Source: an uncultured Planctomycetaceae bacterium | GTDB lineage: Bacteria; Planctomycetota; UBA1135; GCA-002686595 | Assembly (NCBI GenBank): GCA_964428225.1 | Contig: CAYRXS010000001.1 | Span: forward strand, 2,774-66,773 | Length of the DNA: 64,000 nucleotides | Reading direction: 5' to 3' | Shown: piece by piece, positions 8,656 to 20,904 of the stretch | Layout of the letters: every line of letters starts with the position of its first letter | How positions within the stretch are numbered: position 1 is the stretch's first letter | Made by a program: the position numbers and the translations under genes | The notes under the pieces: model-generated | What the model saw: the letters and a program-made list of their open reading frames with translations, nothing else | The model's database searches: none | Told to the model about the DNA's origin: nothing

Positions 8656-9765
8656 ATGAAAGTCCTCTGTGAACGTGAACGTCTCCGGGACGGACTGACC
8701 ATCACCACCAGCGTCATTCCCGTCAAGAGCACTCGTCCCGCCGTCGAGAACGTCTGCCTGGTGGCCACCGACGACGCCCTCGAGCTCGTCGGAACCGATC
8801 TCGACGTGGCCGTGCGCTACCGCATCGAGGACGTCAAGGTGCACGAGCCGGGTACCGCCCTCGTGCCGGCCAGGGTCACCGCGGACTTCGTCCGCGACCT
8901 GTCGGGAGAGACCGTGAACCTCTCGACCCAGGGCGACAGCTTCGTGATCGAGAGCGGAAGCGACCACTGCGAGCTCACCACGATCGATCCGGACGAGTAT
9001 CCGGTCGTGGCCCGCTTTGCGGACGACGGCACCTTCTCCATGCAGGCCGCGTCCTTCACGCGCCTCGTCTCCCGGACCAGCTTCGCGGCGGCGCGCGAGC
9101 AAGGGCGCTACGCCATGCACGGGATCCTCACGAAGGTCGAGAACGACAGCCTGCAGATGGTCGCCACCGACGGCCGCCGGCTCGCCGTCGCCTCCAATCC
9201 GATCGACTCGCAGGGCAAGAACGCCGCCGACGCGTCGCAGGCGATCGTGCCTGCCAAGGGCATGCAGCTGTTCTGCCGAGTCATCGACGATCCGCTCGAG
9301 CAGGTCAGGCTTCACTTCGGAGAGAACCAGTTCGGCCTGAAGACCGCGCACGCCGAGGTCTTCGCGCGGCTCATCGACGGCGACTTCCCGCACTACAATG
9401 CCGTCGTACCCGCCTCGTGCGAGAACAAGGTGGAGGCGGACAAGGAGCTGCTCCATCAGAAGCTGAAGCTCGTGTCGAACGTGACGAGCACGGATACGCG
9501 GGCCGTGCGCCTGTCGCTGGACAAGAAGAGCCTGACGATCTTCGGCCGCTCCGCGGTCATGGGCGAGGCGACCACCAAGATCGAGGTGGACTATCACGGA
9601 AAGCCCGGAGACATCTCGTTCAATCCGGACTACGTCATCGATGGACTGAAGAACTGCGAGAGCGACACCGTCCGGCTCGAGTACAACGAGAAGACCAGCC
9701 CGGGCAAGTTCACGCTGGGCGAGAACTACATCTACATCGTGATGCCGATCACGGTCGACGTCTGA
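8656..9765 (+). CDS. dnaN: DNA polymerase III beta sliding clamp
   Basis: 369 aa. MKVLCERERL..., typical three-domain length, segments RYAMHGIL..MVATDGRRLA and FPHYNAVVP. Position between dnaA and gyrB. Confidence 0.95.
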   Translation: MKVLCERERLRDGLTITTSVIPVKSTRPAVENVCLVATDDALELVGTDLDVAVRYRIEDVKVHEPGTALVPARVTADFVRDLSGETVNLSTQGDSFVIESGSDHCELTTIDPDEYPVVARFADDGTFSMQAASFTRLVSRTSFAAAREQGRYAMHGILTKVENDSLQMVATDGRRLAVASNPIDSQGKNAADASQAIVPAKGMQLFCRVIDDPLEQVRLHFGENQFGLKTAHAEVFARLIDGDFPHYNAVVPASCENKVEADKELLHQKLKLVSNVTSTDTRAVRLSLDKKSLTIFGRSAVMGEATTKIEVDYHGKPGDISFNPDYVIDGLKNCESDTVRLEYNEKTSPGKFTLGENYIYIVMPITVDV

Positions 9766-9769
9766 GCGA

Positions 9770-12639
<2,870 letters not shown>

Positions 12640-12794
12640 GGCCGGCGGATCTCCGCGGGAGATCGCGCGGGGGGCGATCCTCGGCTTGACGGGGCTTTCC
12701 TTCGAGTTCCGATCGGGCCCGATCCGATACAGGACCCGGTCCCGCGCCCATCTCGCGCGCGGACGGGGACGTGCGTCACCACGACGGAGCAACC

Positions 12795-13394
12795 GTGAAG
12801 AGCACCCAACGGCTGGACTATCATCGCTTCGCGGAGAGTCTCGTGGAGCGCGGGCTGGTGGAGCGGGACGTTCTGAATCACACGCTGCACCAGTGCTCGA
12901 CAGCCGGGTCGCTCCTGCCCGAGCTGCTCGTCACCGAGGACCTGATCTCGGACTGGGAGCTGTCCTACGTCGTGTGCGAGCTCTATCACCTTCCCTTCGT
13001 CACGGTGGACGTGTACGAACCGTCCGACGAGGCGCTCGAGGGGTTGAACCCGGAGTACCTGCGCCAGCACGGACTGGTTCCGCTGGATCGTTTCGGGAAG
13101 CTCCTGACGGTGGCCATGCCCGGGATCGTTCCCACGGAGATCCTCGAGGGGATTTCCCTGGAAGGCGGCGGCCGGATCCTGCCCGTCGTGGGGTCGGTGA
13201 ACTCGAACCGTCGCTGGCTCATGGAGCACCTGCCCCCGTCAACGATGCCCACCCCGCAGGACGCGATGTTCGCCGGCGTCGACCCGCTCGGCGAGGACGA
13301 ATCCTGGACGAACGTGTTCGATGCGGGGGAGGAGGCGGTGCAGCTCGATCTGCAGGAGAACGTCGAGCCGGATCAGGCTTCCCCGGAAGAGTAG
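12795..13394 (+). CDS. Stand-alone type II secretion/T4P ATPase N-terminal domain (T2SSE_N / MshEN-like) protein with an acidic tail
   Basis: RFAESLVERGLVERDVLNHTLHQ...LLPELLVTEDLISDWELSYVVCELYHLPFVTVD...LRQHGLVPL matches the GspE/PilB N-domain pattern. There is no ATPase domain. GTG 12795 is preceded by GGAG. Alternative GTG at 12771. Confidence 0.65.
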   Translation: MKSTQRLDYHRFAESLVERGLVERDVLNHTLHQCSTAGSLLPELLVTEDLISDWELSYVVCELYHLPFVTVDVYEPSDEALEGLNPEYLRQHGLVPLDRFGKLLTVAMPGIVPTEILEGISLEGGGRILPVVGSVNSNRRWLMEHLPPSTMPTPQDAMFAGVDPLGEDESWTNVFDAGEEAVQLDLQENVEPDQASPEE

Positions 13395-13810
13395 GCGGAC
13401 TCGTCTTCCGCGTCCTCCTCGCCCGTGCGCCGCTCGGCTTCCGGAGCGGGCGTCTCCGGAGAGTCCGCCTGGTCCTCGTCCGTCGTGACCGGCTCCTCGG
13501 CAGCAGGATCGGTCTCGGAGTGGTCCTCGAGGTGACGCATGTATGCCGCGGGAGTAGACGCCGTCGGGGTACCCAGGGGATCCACGACCTTCGCTTCCTG
13601 CTCGATGTCCCGGAAGGAGCGACGGATGTCCCGGACGTCGCGATCGATTCCCGTCTCGCGCCGGATGTCGTCCACGGTCCGGCGGACACGCCGGAGCTGC
13701 CCGAAGAGGCGACCGGCGACCTCGGGCAGGTTCTTGCCGAAGATCAGGACCGCGACCACCGCGATGACGACCATCTCGCCGAGATCGAGATTCCAGAGGA
13801 AGGCCAACAT
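13373..13810 (-). CDS. tatA: Twin-arginine translocase TatA/TatB-family protein
   Basis: N-terminus LGEMVVIAVVAVLIFGKNLPEVAGRLFGQ (TM helix plus amphipathic helix) followed by a long acidic tail. 145 aa, so it could be TatB-like. Confidence 0.8.
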   Translation of the reverse strand: MLAFLWNLDLGEMVVIAVVAVLIFGKNLPEVAGRLFGQLRRVRRTVDDIRRETGIDRDVRDIRRSFRDIEQEAKVVDPLGTPTASTPAAYMRHLEDHSETDPAAEEPVTTDEDQADSPETPAPEAERRTGEEDAEDESAYSSGEA

Positions 13811-13833
13811 GGTGGAGGATTCTACCCTTTCGC

Positions 13834-16800
13834 TCAGTACCCGAGGTATCCGATCCGGGGCGCGCGGAACCCGAAGCGAGGCCGGAAGCTGAGTCCGATC
13901 GAGGCTCCGTCACCTTCGCGGAAGGACGACTCGATCTCCAGAACGATGTCCGCTCCGTAGCGCCGCAGGAGGAACTTCGTGTCCAGCGCGTCCTGGTGTA
14001 CGAGCGAGAACGTCTCCCGGGCCTCGAACTCCCACTTCTCGGTCCAGCGATAGATGCCCGCGATCGAGGCCGTCTCGAAGAGCTTCACGTTCTTGGCGCC
14101 GCGGGCGAAGCTGTGGCCGGCTTCCATCCGCCAGTCCTCACTGAACTGAGCCGCCACGGCGGTGCGAGCGTAAGGCGTGCGGTTGCTGTCCAGGTCGTGA
14201 CGGCCGTCGTGCCAGAAGTAGAGGGGCACGTCTCCCACCGAGGTCCTCAGGCCGCCGAAGACCTCGAGGGGCAGCCACCCGTCGGTCACTCCCCCCGGGA
14301 GATCGTCGGCGTAGGTGCTCCGAAGCTCGAAATCGAGCCACGGGCCGTCGTTGTCGACGTCCAGACGTCCGCGAAGCCCGACCGCCACGCGGTTGCCGCC
14401 GAGGGGATTCTCCGTGGCATCGAAGGGAACCACGTCCCCGATCTCCTCGAGGGCGAGCTCCTGGCGCACCTCGACGAAGGGCGCCAGCATGTGCACGCCA
14501 CCGGCCTCCGAGGTCTTCCAGAGCGCCGTTGCGAGCCGCAGGCCGGCCTCCGCGAGGAACCGGGTCGGCGACGCCTCCTCGTTCCGCCCCTCGCTCCATA
14601 CGGTGAACCGCCCATCGACGAACGGGGTGGCGCGCAATCCGGCGACGCCCAGGTCGATGGGCATCTCGAGACGTTGCGTGGAGTCGAGGCGCAACAGATC
14701 GCGGTTGCCGAGACCGTCGACGAAGGCGCCGAGCTCGTCGATGGCCGGCGCGTTGCTGAAGGGGCTCTGCAGACCGTACGTGCCCGCGCGTCGGTGCAGA
14801 TAGCCGGCTCGCGTCTCGCCCGTGTGGAGCACGGGGAGGGATCCGAACCGGAAGAGCGGCCTCCGCCCAAAGTAGGCGCCGACAGAGGGCAGCTCGTCGT
14901 AGTCGGAGCGGAAGTCGTCGAAGCGGAACTTGAGCGTGGTGTCGTAGTACGTCTCGCGCTGGGTCTTGCGCCACTGCAGGTAGCTCTCGTCGCGCTCGTA
15001 GCGCTCGAAGTCGCTCTCCCAGAACTCGGACTGGACACCCGGGTCGCTCTGCCTCGACACGGTCAGGTCGACCCACTCGCCTTCGTCGATCTCGAAGCGG
15101 CTGTCGGCGCGCAGCCAGGTGCGGACCATGTCCCGCTCCGAATCGTGGACGCGGATGTAGCCGCGGTCGCGACCCGTATCGGGCACCAGCCCGAGGCGCG
15201 TCTTCAGCTCGTACTTCTGCTTCGACTCGACGTCGAGCCCGAGGTCGAAGCTCGCGCCCCGCGAGCCCAGATAGGATCCGCGCAGGCTCCAGTCCGCATC
15301 GTAGTCGAGAGGATCGCCGCGGAAGAGATCGTTGACCTTCTCGCCGATCTTCCCCGCCGGCCGGCTGATCCCGACGGACACGAGCGTGCCGAACCGCGCC
15401 GAGTTGGCGATGCGCAGCGTCTGCCACAGAGGCTTGTAGTCGTCGCCGGAGCGATAGCTGATGGGGGGAAGCGGGACGGTGAGGAGCCCGTAGAACTCGA
15501 TGCGGTTGTCGCGGAGCACGACCTCGTACTGGTCTTCCTCGGCTCCCTCCGCGGGGCGGATGGTCATGTCTCCCGTCACGAGACGAACCCCCGGCTCCTC
15601 GAAGTTGCTCGTCGTGATGGTCGCGCTGTCTGCCCAGAGCCTGCCATCCCGGTGGTGACGGAGCGAATCCGCGCGCACCACGAGCCGATCGAAGTCCTGC
15701 CCGACGGCTTTGCCGTGGATCTCGAACTTCGCGTCGACGATCAGGCCGTGGCCGGTAACCACGTCGAGATAGACCGCGTTCGCACTCGCGAGCTCGGCAT
15801 CGTCCTCGCGCACCTCCACCGGGCCCTCGAAGAACACCTCACGAACGAGACCCTCGATCTTCCTGTCCTGGAGGAAGGCGAAGAGTCTGCCCATCGGCGT
15901 CTTCGCGTCCACCGGAGGGGAGAGAGCCTCTTCGGAGACATGCAATTCCTCGGCCCCCTCCGCTTGCGCCTCGGCTTGTGAAGGCAGAGCTGCCCAGCGA
16001 TGGCGATCGATCCAGAACAGCGCCCACGAGGAAAGAACCTCCGCCGTCGTATTCCGATCACCGAAGGGCGATTCCGGATACCGGAACACGGGCTCCTGCA
16101 TCCTGTAGATGATCTCGTCCGGAGTGAGCCGCGCGGTGAACGCCATGTAGTCGAGCTCCCACGGGCCCGGACCCAGCTCCGAGATTCCCTCCCCGGGCCT
16201 TATGTGTCCGGGGCCAGTCGCCACGATGATTCGCTCCGCGGGATCGAAGTCGATCCACTCCGCCTCCGAGATGAACACCGAGGAGTCGATGCGAGCAGGC
16301 GTGCCGGTCAGCCGCAGGATCCCCCAGATGGAAGAGGCGGTCAGGGTGTCGCCGTGCGCCGAGGCGACCGTCTGCTCGTCCAGCCGTTGGTCCTTGACCC
16401 CGAGGAAGAAGACCACGTTCCCCTGCGCGTGCAACGCGTCGAGCTGGGCGTCCTCGGGCCGGGCGGCGGCCTGCCCACTCACAGTTACCTGATCGGCGGT
16501 GAGGGACCATGGCGCGCCGGCCTTCGTCGTGCTGAGGACGGAGACGTCGCCGTACAGCTCCAGCTTCTCCCGCGTGGCGTTCATGTGGTTGGACCGCGCG
16601 TGCAGCCCGGTCGCCTCGAACGGCAACCCCTCCATCGCCTCCGCGAGCTTCCAGACGACGAGCTCGGGGCGCACGGCCCGGAGCCTCTCCGCGCCCGCGA
16701 ACTCGAAGCGGTCCGCGCTGAGCTCGAAGGGGGCTTCCTGCGACAGGAGGCTTCCGATCACGAGGACCCGGCCACCGCGTAGGGGCTCGAGCGTGCCGCT

Positions 16801-19065
16801 GAGTGTCTCGTCGAGCGTGAGCCGGTGGCCCTCGCCGCTGAGGGCGATCATCTCGGACTCGGCCTCGTCTCCCTCGCCCGTCGCCACGTCGCGCATCAGG
16901 AGGTCGAAGCGCACGTGGCCCTGCGCGGTGACGTCGTAGCGGTTCTCCTGCTCGGCTCCCTCGAAGCGCTCGAAGTCCAGGCGGTCGCAGTCGAGGTCGA
17001 GGTCGGAGTCCTCCATGGACAGCAGCCCGACGACTCGCCCGTCGGCGAACAACGTCGTAGTCGCGTCGACGAGCACCAAGGCGTCATCGGGGCCGCGGTG
17101 CAGCTCGACGCGATCGCCCTCCAGATAGTCGGTCCGGATCCGCGCACTCTCCACGCCCCACTCGATCCTCACGTTGGTCCGACCGCGAGCCTCCACGTGC
17201 AGCCCTCGCCGCAGCAATCCCGTGTTCGGATCGCGCTCCTCGTCTCCGATCAGGAGGAGATCCTCGCAGCGGATGTCGTAGCCCTCCTCGCGCCCTTCCG
17301 GCTCGATGCGCCGACGGAGATCGGCGTGGACCTCACCGCTCGCCGTCAGCCGGTTCTCGGACACCACCACGAGCAAAGCCTCGGCGCGCCCGTCCGGTCG
17401 CTCGAAGGTGGCCTTGCTGTCGGAGGTGCCCAGGAGCTGGAAAGATTTCGGATCGTCAACGATGAGCTGCTCGCCCCGACCCGTGCCTTCCGCCCCTTCG
17501 AGCGAGACGTCTCCCTCGGCGCGGAGCGTGAGCTCGATCGGATCGAAATCCCACACGCGATCCGCCCGCGCGGTGAACCCGTCGGGATCCTCGATGGACA
17601 GCACTACCCCGAGCGCTTCCTCGACGTGCCATCGCTCGCCGACACGAGAGACCGCGGCGCGGTCGGCGGAGCTCAGCGTGTACGCGCGGCCGTCCTCCAG
17701 CGTGCCCTCGAGCGAGGCCCCGCCGCGCGCCACGAGGCGCTGCACCATCTCGCCGGCCTCGTCGCGGCGAAGGCCGAGCTCGACCTCGGTGGCGTACATC
17801 GTATTGTCCTCGAGCTCGAACACGACTCCCCCGGTGGCGTCGAAGCGCGCGGTCTCGCCCTCGTCCGGCGCGTCGTCCTCCGCGGGCGTCAGGAGCCACC
17901 CCGTGACGTCTCCGTTCGAGCGCAGGTTCGCGTTGCGCGCCTCGACGAGTGCGGGCCCGGCCATGCGGAACCGACGCACCTCGCCGACCTCGCCCGTCAA
18001 CGGCCCGTCGCCCTCGATGGTGACGAACTCCAGGTCGTCGAGCGAAACCCCGGGGGGCGGCTCCACGCCCTCCATGGCCGCGAGAGACACGCGGATCGAC
18101 GGACTGCCCTCGAGTGTCCATCGCGCGAGGGTTCCGTCGTCTCCGAACTCGAGCGTCAGCGTCTCGCCGCGCGCCTCGGTCCGGTCGGAGGCCCAGACGA
18201 CGTCGCCGTCCGCCTCCATTCGCTCGATCAGAAAGACCTCCCCGCCGGCCTCGGACTCGTGGCCGACGATGCGGATGCGCTGCGCCGTGAGGCGGGAGCC
18301 TTCGGCGCCGCGGAATTCGAGCAGGGCTTCGCGCGAGGCCTCGAGGACGACGGTCGCGGGGGCGTCGTCGCCCTCTCCCTCGACCGCCTGCCGGCGGACG
18401 TCGATCGGTCCGTTCGAGGAGAGGCGCACCGGGTCGGCGGTGTTCTTGCCGAAGTCGATGATCCCGTTTGCGAGCAGGGAGAAGGCGCTCTCGTCGAGGC
18501 GAACCACGATGCCGTCCCCCTCGGCGTCGAAGCTGGGAGATCCGACGCGGACGCGCTCGCTCTCCGGAACGGTCATGGTCCGCATCTCGACCTCGCGCAC
18601 GTCGATCTCCGCGGAGGCCGCGTCGAGCGTCATCGGGACCAGGGGAGCCCCGGCGAGGAGCTCGGCGTGAACGCCTTCGAGCTCGACTCGACCCTCGAGC
18701 ACGGGGAAGAACTCCTCGGTCATTCCCGTGCGGCGCATGCGGACCAGCGCTGCCTGGACCGTGGCGCGGAGCTCCTGCGTGAGGGGATCGAGGTCCCGGA
18801 GGAGCGCGTCGACGAGCTCGTCGTGACTCTCGAGCGTGCGACTGTCCTCGCTCCGCACCTCGATCGTCGGCCGGTGCGTGACCGGATCGTACCGGGTCAT
18901 GGTGAACCAGCCCGAGAAGCGGGGTCCCTGGGCCGGGCCTTCTCCGATCGTCCGCTGCTCCTGCTCGGGAGCGGCGGAGTCCGGGACCGGCCTCGGCCCC
19001 TCCACCAGGCGGAGGACGAGGAGCGCGGTGCCGAAGAGAATGGCGAAGGAGACGAGTCTCTTCAC
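13834..19065 (-). CDS. lptD: Giant LPS-assembly outer-membrane protein LptD (1,743 aa) with a greatly expanded N-terminal OstA-like region
   Basis: Signal-like N-terminus MKRLVSFAILFGTALLVLRLV. C-terminal ~540 aa resembles the LptD barrel as I recall E. coli LptD: FYGLLTVPLPPISYRSGDDYKPLW, SDPGVQSEFWESDF, aromatic-rich end. N-terminal ~1,200 aa carries repeated A-D-x-hydrophobic ... G-(N/D/H)-V motifs. GTG start overlaps the kdsC stop (GTGA). Confidence 0.8.
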   Translation of the reverse strand: MKRLVSFAILFGTALLVLRLVEGPRPVPDSAAPEQEQRTIGEGPAQGPRFSGWFTMTRYDPVTHRPTIEVRSEDSRTLESHDELVDALLRDLDPLTQELRATVQAALVRMRRTGMTEEFFPVLEGRVELEGVHAELLAGAPLVPMTLDAASAEIDVREVEMRTMTVPESERVRVGSPSFDAEGDGIVVRLDESAFSLLANGIIDFGKNTADPVRLSSNGPIDVRRQAVEGEGDDAPATVVLEASREALLEFRGAEGSRLTAQRIRIVGHESEAGGEVFLIERMEADGDVVWASDRTEARGETLTLEFGDDGTLARWTLEGSPSIRVSLAAMEGVEPPPGVSLDDLEFVTIEGDGPLTGEVGEVRRFRMAGPALVEARNANLRSNGDVTGWLLTPAEDDAPDEGETARFDATGGVVFELEDNTMYATEVELGLRRDEAGEMVQRLVARGGASLEGTLEDGRAYTLSSADRAAVSRVGERWHVEEALGVVLSIEDPDGFTARADRVWDFDPIELTLRAEGDVSLEGAEGTGRGEQLIVDDPKSFQLLGTSDSKATFERPDGRAEALLVVVSENRLTASGEVHADLRRRIEPEGREEGYDIRCEDLLLIGDEERDPNTGLLRRGLHVEARGRTNVRIEWGVESARIRTDYLEGDRVELHRGPDDALVLVDATTTLFADGRVVGLLSMEDSDLDLDCDRLDFERFEGAEQENRYDVTAQGHVRFDLLMRDVATGEGDEAESEMIALSGEGHRLTLDETLSGTLEPLRGGRVLVIGSLLSQEAPFELSADRFEFAGAERLRAVRPELVVWKLAEAMEGLPFEATGLHARSNHMNATREKLELYGDVSVLSTTKAGAPWSLTADQVTVSGQAAARPEDAQLDALHAQGNVVFFLGVKDQRLDEQTVASAHGDTLTASSIWGILRLTGTPARIDSSVFISEAEWIDFDPAERIIVATGPGHIRPGEGISELGPGPWELDYMAFTARLTPDEIIYRMQEPVFRYPESPFGDRNTTAEVLSSWALFWIDRHRWAALPSQAEAQAEGAEELHVSEEALSPPVDAKTPMGRLFAFLQDRKIEGLVREVFFEGPVEVREDDAELASANAVYLDVVTGHGLIVDAKFEIHGKAVGQDFDRLVVRADSLRHHRDGRLWADSATITTSNFEEPGVRLVTGDMTIRPAEGAEEDQYEVVLRDNRIEFYGLLTVPLPPISYRSGDDYKPLWQTLRIANSARFGTLVSVGISRPAGKIGEKVNDLFRGDPLDYDADWSLRGSYLGSRGASFDLGLDVESKQKYELKTRLGLVPDTGRDRGYIRVHDSERDMVRTWLRADSRFEIDEGEWVDLTVSRQSDPGVQSEFWESDFERYERDESYLQWRKTQRETYYDTTLKFRFDDFRSDYDELPSVGAYFGRRPLFRFGSLPVLHTGETRAGYLHRRAGTYGLQSPFSNAPAIDELGAFVDGLGNRDLLRLDSTQRLEMPIDLGVAGLRATPFVDGRFTVWSEGRNEEASPTRFLAEAGLRLATALWKTSEAGGVHMLAPFVEVRQELALEEIGDVVPFDATENPLGGNRVAVGLRGRLDVDNDGPWLDFELRSTYADDLPGGVTDGWLPLEVFGGLRTSVGDVPLYFWHDGRHDLDSNRTPYARTAVAAQFSEDWRMEAGHSFARGAKNVKLFETASIAGIYRWTEKWEFEARETFSLVHQDALDTKFLLRRYGADIVLEIESSFREGDGASIGLSFRPRFGFRAPRIGYLGY

Positions 19066-19634
19066 GCCGGTCCGCTGCCGAAGCTGGCCACGCGTTCGGT
19101 CCAGAGCCCCTTCGCCCGCAGGATCGTCTCGGCGAGCTCACGGACCGCGCCGGCGCCTCCGGACGCCCGCGTCACGAGATCGGCGCGCGCGCGAACCTCC
19201 GCGCGACCGTTCGCGGGGCTGACGAACACGCCGGCTCCCGCGGCCAGGTCGAGGTCGTGAAGGTCGTCGCCCATGGCCACGGTTTCGTCCGGGGGAACGC
19301 CGAGCCGGGCCTGCACCTCGGCGAGGACGGCGGTCTTCGGCCTCGCTCGCATGTGGAGCTCCTGGACGCCGAGCTCCTGTGCGCGTCGCTCCGTCGCCGC
19401 CGAGCCGCGCCCGGTGATCCAGGCGATCTGCATGCCCGCCTCGCGAAGCCACGCGAAGCTCGCGCCGTCGTGCACGCAGAACGACTGCAGCTCGGTCTCT
19501 CCCGCGTAGGTGACGCGACCATCGGTCAGCACGCCGTCCACGTCGAGGACGAGCAGTCGCGCACGCGCGAGCTTCTCCTCGACACCCGTCGGCGCCTCGG
19601 GATTCGATCTGCCGGAATGCCGATCGCGATTCAC
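19062..19634 (-). CDS. kdsC: 3-deoxy-D-manno-octulosonate 8-phosphate phosphatase KdsC
   Basis: HAD motifs LLVLDVDGVLTDG and MGDDLHDLD. About 190 aa from GTG 19634, which lies 4 nt after the kdsD stop. The longer ORF to 19766 overlaps kdsD out of frame. Confidence 0.85.
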   Translation of the reverse strand: MNRDRHSGRSNPEAPTGVEEKLARARLLVLDVDGVLTDGRVTYAGETELQSFCVHDGASFAWLREAGMQIAWITGRGSAATERRAQELGVQELHMRARPKTAVLAEVQARLGVPPDETVAMGDDLHDLDLAAGAGVFVSPANGRAEVRARADLVTRASGGAGAVRELAETILRAKGLWTERVASFGSGPA

Positions 19635-19638
19635 GGTA

Positions 19639-20670
19639 TCAGACGCGCGTGTGGAGGAGATCCTGGATGTCGACGAGTCCCACGGCTCGGCCGTCGTCGT
19701 CGACCACCGGGATCTGGTCGACCTGGTGCTCCCGGAGGAGACGCTCCGCCTCGTCCACGAGAGCATCGGGGGAGACGGACTTCGGGTTTCGCCCCATGTA
19801 CTCGTCCACGGGATGATCGAGTCGAGCGCGCGAGTCGGCCTCGAGGAGCCGCCGCAGGTCCCCGTCGGTGAAGATGCCGAGCAGGATGCCCTGCCCGTCG
19901 ACGATGAGCGCCGCGCCGGGCCGGCCCTTCGTCGCCGTCATCGTGTGCAGGACCTCGCCGACCAGGGTGCCGGGGGCGACGAGCGGAAGCTCCTCGCCCT
20001 CTCGCATGACCTCGCGGACGCTCATCAGGCGACGGCCGAGAGAGCCCGAGGGGTGATAGCGGGCGTAGTCCTCGCGGCTGAAGCCCCGCTCGCGCAGGAC
20101 GACCATGGAGAGGGCGTCGCCTAGGGCCAGCATGGCCGAGGTGCTCGCGGTGGGGGCGAGGCCGAGCGGGCAGGCCTCGTCGACGCGGCCGATGTCGAGC
20201 ACGCAATCCACTTGGCCGGCGAGCGGGGAGTCCTTCGCCCCGGTCATCGCGATCACCGACGCCCCGATGCGCCGCAGGTGGGGCACGAGGGCGAGGACCT
20301 CGGCCGTCTCCCCGGAGTTCGACAGCGCGAGCACGACGTCGTCGGGCCGGATGCGGCCCATGTCGCCGTGCATGGCCTCCGTGGGGTGCAGGGAGATCGA
20401 CGGCGTGCCGGTGGAGGCCAGCGTGGCCGAGACCTTGGTCCCCACGAGCCCCGCCTTTCCCATGCCGGTGACGATGACCATGCCCCGGCAGGCCAAGACC
20501 CGGTCCACGGCATCCAGAAAGCTCTCACCGAGCGACTCCTCGAGCCGCGCGATCGTGCGTGCCTCGAGCCGGATGACCTCCGCCGCGTGGGCGAGCCGAT
20601 CTCCTGCCCGATCGCTCTTGTCCGACCTTGGGGCGCTCATGCGACGAGGCGGTGGGGTCTCCGATGCCAT
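19639..20670 (-). CDS. kdsD: Arabinose-5-phosphate isomerase KdsD (SIS plus tandem CBS domains)
   Basis: SIS motifs VIVTGMGKAGLVGTKVSATLASTG and LSNSGET. C-terminal CBS pair. Second in-frame Met (MSAPRS) is an alternative start. Confidence 0.9.
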   Translation of the reverse strand: MASETPPPRRMSAPRSDKSDRAGDRLAHAAEVIRLEARTIARLEESLGESFLDAVDRVLACRGMVIVTGMGKAGLVGTKVSATLASTGTPSISLHPTEAMHGDMGRIRPDDVVLALSNSGETAEVLALVPHLRRIGASVIAMTGAKDSPLAGQVDCVLDIGRVDEACPLGLAPTASTSAMLALGDALSMVVLRERGFSREDYARYHPSGSLGRRLMSVREVMREGEELPLVAPGTLVGEVLHTMTATKGRPGAALIVDGQGILLGIFTDGDLRRLLEADSRARLDHPVDEYMGRNPKSVSPDALVDEAERLLREHQVDQIPVVDDDGRAVGLVDIQDLLHTRV

Positions 20671-20904
20671 CCGGAGCCCTGCACCGCCGAATCCCCAATT
20701 CTATTCCGCGGGCGGGAGGGGCATCAAGGAACCCGGCCCACAGCGGCCGGCGGGGGAGGATCTGCGCGAGGGCTTTGCTATAACCCTCCCCCGGCACCAC
20801 CCCCCGGGGCACAGGCCCGCTTTCGACCCCGCCCCTGGACCGAGCCGCACCCCAGGAAGGAGACCGCCATCCCCCTCGCATTCATCAACCCGAACCTCCC
20901 GCCC

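Noticed and set aside
12648-12668. Hairpin GATCTCC-GCG-GGAGATC after gyrB as an intrinsic terminator
   Set aside because: The stem is only 7 bp with a 3-nt loop, and no T-tract follows. Not convincing.
16825-19260. 811-aa plus-strand ORF opposite lptD and kdsC, and the similar 13996..15981 ORF (661 aa)
   Set aside because: Both are antisense to a gene with recognisable LptD features. Composition is low-complexity (R/G/A/V/E/L) with no domain signatures.
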